Origin: an uncultured Candidatus Actinomarina sp.
GTDB lineage: Bacteria > Actinomycetota > Acidimicrobiia > Actinomarinales > Actinomarinaceae
Length of the DNA: 64,000 nucleotides
Reading direction: 5' to 3'
NCBI GenBank assembly: GCA_902634185.1
Contig: CACPJC010000003.1
Span: forward strand, 96,001-160,000
Shown: piece after piece, positions 18,516-26,870 of the stretch
Layout of the letters: the number at the start of each line of letters is the position of its first letter
Position numbering within the stretch: the first letter of the stretch is position 1
The notes under the pieces: model-generated
Seen by the model: the letters and a program-made list of their open reading frames with translations, nothing else
Told to the model about the DNA's origin: nothing
Database searches by the model: none
Position numbers and translations under genes: made by a program

Positions 18516-20697
18516 TTTTTAAAGATCTAATAAAAATAATCAATGATAAGACTAATGAAAATATTGAAAAATAGAAGCTGTTTTTTTCTAGTGTGGTGTT
18601 TTCAAAGTTGATCTCTACATATTCTTGATTGGGTATAACTGACATAAATGATGGAGAGGTCCTAAATGGCCCAAGCCCGTTTGAGATAGACCAATTTGGA
18701 AAGTAAGAAACTTTAATTAAATGTAATTCACCAGGATTGTTTGTAAAAAATGAAATTTTCTTATTTGTAATTTTTATGTCTGTGACTTCTAAATCATTCT
18801 TATTCGATGGCTGTATCAATATTTCATTACTTACTTCAACAACTCTCTTTTCATCAAGTTCATCAAAATTTTCATATGCTTTTTGAAAAAAATTAGTTAT
18901 ATTAGTGTCCCTAAAAACTGAACTAAGAATGCCTTCTTGTTTGTTTACTTTTGAAAACAATTCAATATCTTGATAAATTAATTCTACTTTTGAGGAGTTG
19001 ACTTCAAATACTGAAAACGGCTCTGACGAAAAAAGAAATGTCAGTCCATCAGAATTCATTGCTTTACTTTCAATTTCTTCCGTATACGTAATGAAATAAT
19101 CTACTCCTAGGTCATAAAGATAATCTACACCTTTATCAAATTGATTATTTATATATGACAGTCCACCTACTGGATTTGATGGTCTTTTTGCCAAACCGGA
19201 TACAGATATAAAATGAAATGGGGTTGTAATACTTGAATCAAAATATAGACCTTCCATGCTTGTATGTTTTGTAAAATAAGGAATTGTCATTAGAGTCATC
19301 GGTGTTCCATATTTATTCATATCTGAATTTGGTTCCCACATAATCCTTCCAGGTTTTAAATTGTCTAATTGAGTGTATAAGTTTTGAATTTGATTCCAGT
19401 CGTTCTTTCCTTCGTAACCTGTAAAATTCCAATTAAGCCAATGTGGCAAGAAAGATATAGTAGAAAAAATAATTGAAACAATTAGCAAATTAAGTTGTAC
19501 AACAATATTTTTTAAATTTAGGATTGCAAAAATCATTATCAGAAAAATGATTGGTATGTAAAGATTTAAATATGATTGGTTAGTAGACCATTTTTCATAA
19601 AATATATACAAACAATAAATTGTTCCACCTAAAAATAGACCCGTTAATACATTGACTCCCTGTTGATAAAGATTCATATCATCAATAAAAATTTCTACCG
19701 CTTTGAAAAATAGAAAAATAATTCCAAGATTGAAAAATGGTACCAATCTACCATTCCAAAGAGCACCTTCTGGGACATAAAAATAAAGGAGAACAGATGA
19801 GGAGATAATATAAAGATCAAATAAGTTTATTGTCTTGTTTTTAATCAAATTTTTATGCTTTGCTATCAATAAACCAATCAAGATAAAGATGATGGGTAAA
19901 ATATCTTTCTTGATCAAATCATCTAATCTAGAAAATGGAGTGTAAGTCATATTTGTTGTATATTCTAAATTCATCAACAATGAGACGGACCATCTTGATG
20001 CAAGTGCTAAGAAAATAAAGATTGAGAGTATTCTTTGATTTAGATTTTGTTTTTTTGATAACCAATAAAATGCATAAATTGGAGAATAGATAATAAATGG
20101 AATTAAATGAGACAACAAACAGAGAGCAAGAAAGATTGAACTGATTGTGAATCTAAAATTATTTTTTGATTTTATTAAATAAAAAATTGATAGATTTGCA
20201 AATGCTAATGAATACGCAAAAGAAAACTGCCCTGCCAATGTTGATGCTAAATTACCACCATAAATAGTAAACGACTCAGTAAAAACGTAAAATAATCCAG
20301 CCGTAGCACCATAGATTGAAATTTGATTCGATGTTTTTCTCATTAATTTTTCGATAGAGTAAACAACTAAAATGGTGGACATCACAACCATAATTTTGAA
20401 AGCAATTCCAAAAGGGAATACAAGATTAAAGATGAATGTGATTATTGCTGGAATAGGAAAATAAAAATAGTACAGAGGATATCCACCAAACCAATCATTT
20501 GACCATCCGTTTATTTGAAAATTTGGCATAAAATCTTTTATAAAAGTATCAATTGCAACAATATGAGCTCCCATATCTCCACCAGTAGGTGTATTGTTTT
20601 CAAAAACTAAATCAACTCTTAGAAATAAGACTAAAACTAGTAAATAAAATAATTGTTGTGATATATTTGAATTTAAATTTTTACTAACTGATTTCAT
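18499..20697 (-). CDS. Polytopic membrane protein, GT-C-fold-like ('PTPS-related' family) glycosyltransferase candidate
   Basis: GGDMGAH and GWSNDWFGGYPLYYFYFP loop motifs, many TM helices, C-terminal KVSYFPNW (YfhO-like). Confidence 0.65.
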   Translation of the reverse strand: MKSVSKNLNSNISQQLFYLLVLVLFLRVDLVFENNTPTGGDMGAHIVAIDTFIKDFMPNFQINGWSNDWFGGYPLYYFYFPIPAIITFIFNLVFPFGIAFKIMVVMSTILVVYSIEKLMRKTSNQISIYGATAGLFYVFTESFTIYGGNLASTLAGQFSFAYSLAFANLSIFYLIKSKNNFRFTISSIFLALCLLSHLIPFIIYSPIYAFYWLSKKQNLNQRILSIFIFLALASRWSVSLLMNLEYTTNMTYTPFSRLDDLIKKDILPIIFILIGLLIAKHKNLIKNKTINLFDLYIISSSVLLYFYVPEGALWNGRLVPFFNLGIIFLFFKAVEIFIDDMNLYQQGVNVLTGLFLGGTIYCLYIFYEKWSTNQSYLNLYIPIIFLIMIFAILNLKNIVVQLNLLIVSIIFSTISFLPHWLNWNFTGYEGKNDWNQIQNLYTQLDNLKPGRIMWEPNSDMNKYGTPMTLMTIPYFTKHTSMEGLYFDSSITTPFHFISVSGLAKRPSNPVGGLSYINNQFDKGVDYLYDLGVDYFITYTEEIESKAMNSDGLTFLFSSEPFSVFEVNSSKVELIYQDIELFSKVNKQEGILSSVFRDTNITNFFQKAYENFDELDEKRVVEVSNEILIQPSNKNDLEVTDIKITNKKISFFTNNPGELHLIKVSYFPNWSISNGLGPFRTSPSFMSVIPNQEYVEINFENTTLEKNSFYFSIFSLVLSLIIFIRSLKNVKKT

Positions 20698-20938
20698 TTA
20701 AAATCTTTCCAAGATATTTAGTACTTCTTTTACCATTTTCTGACCACTCAGCATACCAATACGGTCCATGAGGACAACTATTACAAGATTCTCTTCCACA
20801 TTTTATTAATTTTTGCCTATAGGATATGTTTTGTTCATTACCTGTGGGCCCAAGCTTGTTATCAATTAGGATACGTAATCTTTTTAAATCTGATTCTCCT
20901 AATTCAGATATTGCTTCTAGAATTTCTCTATCTACCAT
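20684..20938 (-). CDS. Small DUF6788-like putative Zn-binding protein
   Basis: KCGRESCNSCPHGPYWY...GKRSTKYLG motif. Confidence 0.6.
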   Translation of the reverse strand: MVDREILEAISELGESDLKRLRILIDNKLGPTGNEQNISYRQKLIKCGRESCNSCPHGPYWYAEWSENGKRSTKYLGKILNEIS

Positions 20939-20978
20939 TATTAAAATGTTAATGGAATATTGGTAAGAGTAATAAAGT

Positions 20979-21875
20979 ATGAAAAAAATTGTTTATTTAT
21001 CAGGTGGAATTGGTGGAGCAAAACTTGCAAAAGGTTTTTACAATCTCAAAGAAATCGACCTAACAATTATTATTAATACCGGTGATGATGAAACTATACA
21101 GGGAGTTAGGTTATCTCCAGATATAGATTCTGTAATTTATGCATTAGCTGGAATTGAGGGTGATCTTGGATGGGGCCAAAAAAATGATAGTTTTGTTGTA
21201 AGTGAAGAATTTAAAAAATATTTTCCTCAAGAATTCAGTATTGGCGATAAAGATCTTGCTTTAAACCTTTTTAGAAATCAGTTATTTTCAGAGGGCAAGT
21301 CACTTACTCAGATAACGAAGATAATTTCTGATAAATTTAGATTAAATTGCAAAATACTTCCAATGACAGATAATTTAGTTAGTACAAAATTGAAAACCAC
21401 TGAAAATAAATTATTAGACTTTCAAGAATATTTTGTTGAATTAAAATCGGAACCTGATTTGAGTGATGTTATCTATTTAAATTCTGAGGATGCAGATATA
21501 ACTAATGAAGTTTCTAGAGCAATTGAAAAAGCTGACAAAATAGTGATTGGACCTTCAAATCCAATCCTTTCTATTGGACCAATTCTCTCGATAAAAAATT
21601 TAAAGGAAAAATTAATTAACCATGATACAACATACATTGTTTCACCATTCATACAAGATAAAGCAATTAAGGGTCCTTCCAAAAAAAATTTTGAAGATCT
21701 TGGTTATACGAGTGACATAAGTGGAATTAAAAAGTTTTATGATTATGTTGGAAATTTCTATATAGTGCATGATGGTGATTCCGATGGAGCTGAAAATACA
21801 ATCGAAACAAATATATTATTTAAATCTATAGAAGACACCACCAACTTAGCTAAATTCATTATTGAACATGAATAA
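20979..21875 (+). CDS. cofD: 2-phospho-L-lactate transferase (F420 biosynthesis)
   Basis: LSGGIGGAK, NTGDD, SPDIDSVIY, IGDKD, FQEYFV and GPSNPILSIGPIL motifs. Confidence 0.92.
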   Translation: MKKIVYLSGGIGGAKLAKGFYNLKEIDLTIIINTGDDETIQGVRLSPDIDSVIYALAGIEGDLGWGQKNDSFVVSEEFKKYFPQEFSIGDKDLALNLFRNQLFSEGKSLTQITKIISDKFRLNCKILPMTDNLVSTKLKTTENKLLDFQEYFVELKSEPDLSDVIYLNSEDADITNEVSRAIEKADKIVIGPSNPILSIGPILSIKNLKEKLINHDTTYIVSPFIQDKAIKGPSKKNFEDLGYTSDISGIKKFYDYVGNFYIVHDGDSDGAENTIETNILFKSIEDTTNLAKFIIEHE

Positions 21876-22566
21876 TATAACTATCATTCCTATTAAAAAA
21901 CTACCTGAATTTTCACCAAAGCATGATTTAGTTGATGAATTAATAAAAGGATTTGAAAACAACAATATTGCTCTGCAAGACAATGATGTAATAGTTGTCA
22001 CTCAAAAGATCGTCTCTAAAGTTGAGAATAGATTGATAGAAAACAATTTTGAAAATATTGAAGAATTAATTGAAAAAGAATCTTTAGAAATTTTAAGAAA
22101 AAGAGGCGATACGATAATTGCAAGAACAAAACATGGTTTTATTTGTGCAAATGCAGGAATAGATAAATCAAACATAAAAAAAGGTTCTTTTTTACTATTG
22201 CCTGAAGATCCAGATAAAACATCTAGGGATATACAAAAAAAAATTGAATACAACACGAATAAAAAAGTCAGCGTGATCATATCTGATACTTTTGGAAGAG
22301 CATGGAGAAAAGGTCAAACTAATGTTGCTATTGGTTCATCTGGAATTGAACCTTTGGAAAGCTATATCGGTGAAAAAGATGCTTTCGATAATGAACTTTT
22401 TGCCACTGAAATTGCAATTATTGACGAACTAGCTGGTGCTGCAGAATTAGTTATGAAAAAAAGTGACAATATTCCTGTAGCAATCATAAGAGGTGTTGAT
22501 TATAAATCCTCTGATTTGGGAGTTGGAGAATTAATAAGAAAAGAAGACGAAGATTTCTTTCTTTAA
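21868..22566 (+). CDS. cofE: Coenzyme F420-0:L-glutamate ligase
   Basis: TQKIVSKVE, CANAGIDKSN, LLPEDPD, DTFGRAWRKG and DELAGAAELV motifs. Confidence 0.92.
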   Translation: MNNITIIPIKKLPEFSPKHDLVDELIKGFENNNIALQDNDVIVVTQKIVSKVENRLIENNFENIEELIEKESLEILRKRGDTIIARTKHGFICANAGIDKSNIKKGSFLLLPEDPDKTSRDIQKKIEYNTNKKVSVIISDTFGRAWRKGQTNVAIGSSGIEPLESYIGEKDAFDNELFATEIAIIDELAGAAELVMKKSDNIPVAIIRGVDYKSSDLGVGELIRKEDEDFFL

Positions 22567-22573
22567 AAATTTT

Positions 22574-23509
22574 TTATGAATTCTTAAACCAATCTACTAA
22601 TTCTTCAATACCTTTTTTTAAATCATACTCTGGTTCCCAATCCAAACTTTTCTTCGCTTTGTTATTATTTAAAACACTCCTCAGCAATTCTCCGTCTCTC
22701 TGTGGTTTGTAATCAGGTTCTCCTTCCCATGAAGTTTTTGTTGCGATTAGTGACACCAACTCATTTACAGATGTTTCAACACCTGTACCTATATTTAAAA
22801 ATAAATCATTATCATTTTCAGATGATTTAATTAATGCACTCACAACATCCGCAACATATACATAATCTCTTGTTTGGTTTCCATCACCATAAATTATTGG
22901 TTTTTCTTTATTTAGCATTTTTCCAGTAAATATTGACATTACTCCTGCTTCTCCGTGAGGGTCTTGACGTGGACCATAAACATTTGATAAATTCAAAATT
23001 GAGTATGACATTTTTTCATTTTCTAACATCAATTTTATAAAGTCATTAAGCTTTTTTTTTGCTACACCATAAGGAGAAACTGGCTCACCTGCAAAGTCTT
23101 CTTCAGAAGTTGGAATGATATTAGGTTCACCAAATATTGTTCCTCCAGAAGAGCTAAAAACAAACTTCTTACAATCTGTACTTATTAATGTCTGTATTAA
23201 TTTGATAGGCTGTAAAAGATTATGTTCAAAATCTAGCAATGGATCTTCTACAGAAATTACAACTGAAGATTGTGCTGCTAAATGAAAACAAATTTCTGGA
23301 TTAAATTTTTCAATTTCTTTTATTGACTCATTAGATCCAAGGTCATCATAAATTACGTCTACGTTTTCTAATCTGTCTAAATTTGTTTTTTTTCCTGTCA
23401 ATAAATTATCGATAACTAAAACTCTTACATTGTTTTTGAGTAATTCCTCTACTAAATGTGAACCAATAAATCCAGCTCCACCTGTTACTAATGCATTTTT
23501 ATATTTCAT
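22574..23509 (-). CDS. NAD-dependent epimerase/dehydratase (UDP-glucose 4-epimerase-like)
   Basis: VTGGAGFIGSH, SPYGVAK and NVYGPRQDPHGEAGV motifs. Confidence 0.88.
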   Translation of the reverse strand: MKYKNALVTGGAGFIGSHLVEELLKNNVRVLVIDNLLTGKKTNLDRLENVDVIYDDLGSNESIKEIEKFNPEICFHLAAQSSVVISVEDPLLDFEHNLLQPIKLIQTLISTDCKKFVFSSSGGTIFGEPNIIPTSEEDFAGEPVSPYGVAKKKLNDFIKLMLENEKMSYSILNLSNVYGPRQDPHGEAGVMSIFTGKMLNKEKPIIYGDGNQTRDYVYVADVVSALIKSSENDNDLFLNIGTGVETSVNELVSLIATKTSWEGEPDYKPQRDGELLRSVLNNNKAKKSLDWEPEYDLKKGIEELVDWFKNS

Positions 23510-24369
23510 GATTTAAAAATTTCGTCATTTATGACTGCCTCATCTTCAATTATCGCTTCACTGCAGATTATTGAATTATTAACTTGAGCATTGTTTCCAA
23601 TGGAACTTGAACCTAATATAACGCTATTTTCTATAACCGTGTCTTTTCCGATGGTCACTGATTCAGAAATCCAATTAGTTTGATTTTCTGTATGAGCATA
23701 TATATACGACTCTCTTGTTCCTACATCTAACATATTTCCATCTACACTAAAACAATCCAATAAATTGTTTTTCGCTAATTCAGGAAATACATTTTTCTCA
23801 AAAGAACAGGGTACTTCTAAATTGTTTTTGATTTCTTTGATATCTTTTTTGTGAAAACAATAGACACCTAGGCTTATATTGTTTCCATATTTCATATCTT
23901 TTGGCTTCTCAATAAAGTTTATTATTTTTGTATCTTTCAACTCAAGCACTCCATATCTTGACGGATCTTCAACGGGTATTGAACAGATAGTTGAATTTTT
24001 TGAACTATTTGCAACTTCTAGAAACGATTCAAAATTCATATCAATGAGTAAGTCTCCATTCATGCACAAAAATTTATCATCAAAATTTTCTATATTTTCA
24101 ACTACATATCCTCCAGTATCTAATTTTTCATGTTCAAAATGTAAGTTCACCTTATATTTGGAATTCTTTTTGTAGTCTGTCCAATAGCTTTCATGCTTTA
24201 TTGAACAAATTAAATTTATGTTATCTAAATTTGATTCTTCCAAATTCTCAAGAATTAAATCAATTAACAGTCTTCCCTTTATCGTAAGTAATGCTTTAGG
24301 TATGCCTTCTGATAGAGGCCTAAGTCTAGTGGCTTCTCCTCCAACTAAGAGATATATGTCTTTAATCAT
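23506..24369 (-). CDS. NDP-sugar pyrophosphorylase (mannose-1-phosphate guanylyltransferase-like)
   Basis: GGEATRLRPLS..PKAL, NGD, FIEKP motifs and C-terminal hexapeptide repeats. Confidence 0.82.
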   Translation of the reverse strand: MIKDIYLLVGGEATRLRPLSEGIPKALLTIKGRLLIDLILENLEESNLDNINLICSIKHESYWTDYKKNSKYKVNLHFEHEKLDTGGYVVENIENFDDKFLCMNGDLLIDMNFESFLEVANSSKNSTICSIPVEDPSRYGVLELKDTKIINFIEKPKDMKYGNNISLGVYCFHKKDIKEIKNNLEVPCSFEKNVFPELAKNNLLDCFSVDGNMLDVGTRESYIYAHTENQTNWISESVTIGKDTVIENSVILGSSSIGNNAQVNNSIICSEAIIEDEAVINDEIFKS

Positions 24370-25741
24370 TGTCCAAAAAATTTAAAAGTTCTTTAAAGCC
24401 AGATTCTATATCGATTTGTAATATGTTTTCCCATAAATTTTCAGCTTTTTTATCTGAAAAGTAATTTTTAACATTTTTAACAAATTTATCTTTCAGTAAG
24501 GGTATAGCCTCATCTCTTCTATCTGGATGACCTATAGGAGTTTCTATTTTTACTTTATCAGAAAATGAGCCATCGTTATATTTAAAGTAAATCTCATTTG
24601 AAATATGTCGTTTAGTAATGTCATAATAATTCTTTGTAAAGTCTTTATTTTCATAAACTTTTATCTTCTTTCTTAAAGAATTTACTTGATTTAAACCATG
24701 AAAATTATCACTATAAGTTTCCGAGGTTAAATCATTAAAAATTAGGGCGGCAGATACCATATATTCAAGAGAGTGATCTCTATCCGAGGAATTATTAAGT
24801 TCTTTTTTATTACTAATGATTCTCAATGCTGGCTCATGCGTTTCAATAATTATTTCCTTGATGTCTTTCTCTTTTTCATGAAATAAATCAGATAATTGAA
24901 AAGAAGCTTCTACTGCAGATTGTCCATGAAACTCTGCCGGATACAAGACCTTAAACAAAATATTTTGAATTACCCAATCATCAAGTTCTTTACCAAAGGA
25001 TAGAATATTGTCATCTAAAAAAACTTTGTTAAATCCCCAAATCTGATCATCTTGTATATTTTCGTAAATATTATCAGCAAACTCACTTATTTCAGCAATC
25101 TCAATACCTCTGGATGCAGCATCTCCCGCAGCCCAGCTTTTTCTTTTACCAACATTTGGTGCCTGTCTATAAGATCTTAAATTGACACCATCTTGTAAAA
25201 CGTTATTTACTGTTCTTGATATTGATTCTTCATTTTGATTTGATAATAGAGACGAAAATACTGCACCCGATGCGAGTTTGACATAAAAGACATGGTCGTA
25301 ACCTTTTTCGTTTAAGGAGGTGCCTAATGCTAAGGACCCTTGTATTTCATACATTTGGATTATCGACTGAAAAAATTGTGATAGATTTTTGTCTTTGTGT
25401 TTAAAAAAGTAACCAAATACTGTTCCAATATTGTCAGAAGGATGTGCCCACTCTTTTGCCAAAAAGGTATCGTTATAATCAAACCATCTGGTCAATATTG
25501 AAAGATACCTTGTAATTTCTTTGGAAGATTGGATATCATTTATAACCAAAAAAGGATTTGTATTAGAACCATACTCACCTCTTGTTGCAAATCTCATTGG
25601 ATCTTCATAAGTTGAAGCATTATAAATACAACCCAGAGTGTCTAAAAGTGACAATTTAGTGGCAAGTAAATTTTTCTCAGAAAATACAATATTCTTTGTA
25701 AGATAATTCGAGATTATTTTATCAATATTTTGTTGAACCAA
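24362..25741 (-). CDS. prpD: 2-methylcitrate dehydratase (MmgE/PrpD)
   Basis: RWFDYNDTFLAKEWAHPSDN, RKSWAAGDA, PAEFHGQSAVE and PIGHPDRR motifs. Confidence 0.92.
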   Translation of the reverse strand: MVQQNIDKIISNYLTKNIVFSEKNLLATKLSLLDTLGCIYNASTYEDPMRFATRGEYGSNTNPFLVINDIQSSKEITRYLSILTRWFDYNDTFLAKEWAHPSDNIGTVFGYFFKHKDKNLSQFFQSIIQMYEIQGSLALGTSLNEKGYDHVFYVKLASGAVFSSLLSNQNEESISRTVNNVLQDGVNLRSYRQAPNVGKRKSWAAGDAASRGIEIAEISEFADNIYENIQDDQIWGFNKVFLDDNILSFGKELDDWVIQNILFKVLYPAEFHGQSAVEASFQLSDLFHEKEKDIKEIIIETHEPALRIISNKKELNNSSDRDHSLEYMVSAALIFNDLTSETYSDNFHGLNQVNSLRKKIKVYENKDFTKNYYDITKRHISNEIYFKYNDGSFSDKVKIETPIGHPDRRDEAIPLLKDKFVKNVKNYFSDKKAENLWENILQIDIESGFKELLNFLDND

Positions 25742-25744
25742 AAA

Positions 25745-26794
25745 TTAGTCTCTTTCTTCAACTCCAATATATTTTGCAGCAGGTCTAATTAATGTGTCAT
25801 CTGCTCTTTGTTCAAAATAATGAGCTGCCCAGCCAACTGATCTACCTGCAACAAAAATAGGAGTGAATAAATTTACATCGAAATCTAACTCTGAAAGCAA
25901 AAGACCACCATAGAAATCAACATTTGGAAATAATTTTTTTTCTTTATCCATAATTTCATCAATTTTCTTAGCGATTTCAAATCTCAGTTTTGCATCATCA
26001 TCAGAAATTAGTTTTTCAACCCAACTTTTAACAACCGGACTTCTAGGATCTTGAATTTTGTAAACACCATGACCAAATCCCATAATTTTTTTCTTTTCTT
26101 CAAGCATTTTCATAACACCTGATGTTGCGTCATCTACATCTTTAAATGAATTTATTAATTCAACTGCTCGCTCATTTGCTCCTCCGTGCAATTCACCTTT
26201 TAACGTTCCTATGCCAGAGACAATTGAACTTGTTAAATCGGATCTTGTAGAGCCTGTAACTCTTGTAGCAAAAGTTGATGCATTAAATCCATGCTCCGCA
26301 TAAAGAATCAAGATATCATCTAGCGCTTGTAACTGATCACTTGATGCATTATTACTTAACATAGAACTAGCAACTGTATAATTATCATCTAATTCGCTGG
26401 TATCATTCTCGTTGTAACTCGCTATAACATAAGCTACAGCAGCAGAAATTTGAGTTGTTAATTCTAAATCAGATTTTTTGTCTGATTCTCCAATATAAGA
26501 AACAATTGTTCTAATAACATCCATAGGGTGAAGTCTTGATTTAATTTGTTTGAAAAGATTATTAACATCATTGTCCCCATCTAATTCTGCATAATATTGC
26601 TTGAAAAAAGTTGTAAAATCAGAACCGTTTAGATCATCACTTATTATTAGGGATGCAACATCCTCATACGTATGAGTTTCTGTAAGCTTTATTGCATCGT
26701 AGCCACGATATCTTAAAGAGGTTCCTTCCATTCCGACGGTAGAAATTTTGGTTTCTCCAGCAATTACTCCTCTTAGACCTGGTGAATATTCCAT
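25745..26794 (-). CDS. prpC: Citrate/2-methylcitrate synthase
   Basis: AEHGFNASTF, LHGGANE, MGFGHGVY..DPR and PNVDFY motifs; adjacent to prpD. Confidence 0.75.
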   Translation of the reverse strand: MEYSPGLRGVIAGETKISTVGMEGTSLRYRGYDAIKLTETHTYEDVASLIISDDLNGSDFTTFFKQYYAELDGDNDVNNLFKQIKSRLHPMDVIRTIVSYIGESDKKSDLELTTQISAAVAYVIASYNENDTSELDDNYTVASSMLSNNASSDQLQALDDILILYAEHGFNASTFATRVTGSTRSDLTSSIVSGIGTLKGELHGGANERAVELINSFKDVDDATSGVMKMLEEKKKIMGFGHGVYKIQDPRSPVVKSWVEKLISDDDAKLRFEIAKKIDEIMDKEKKLFPNVDFYGGLLLSELDFDVNLFTPIFVAGRSVGWAAHYFEQRADDTLIRPAAKYIGVEERD

Positions 26795-26870
26795 AGTTAA
26801 TTAATTCTACATATAAATTAATAAATTCGACTAGTACAAAGTTGAATTTTATGAATACTAAAATCTTTTC

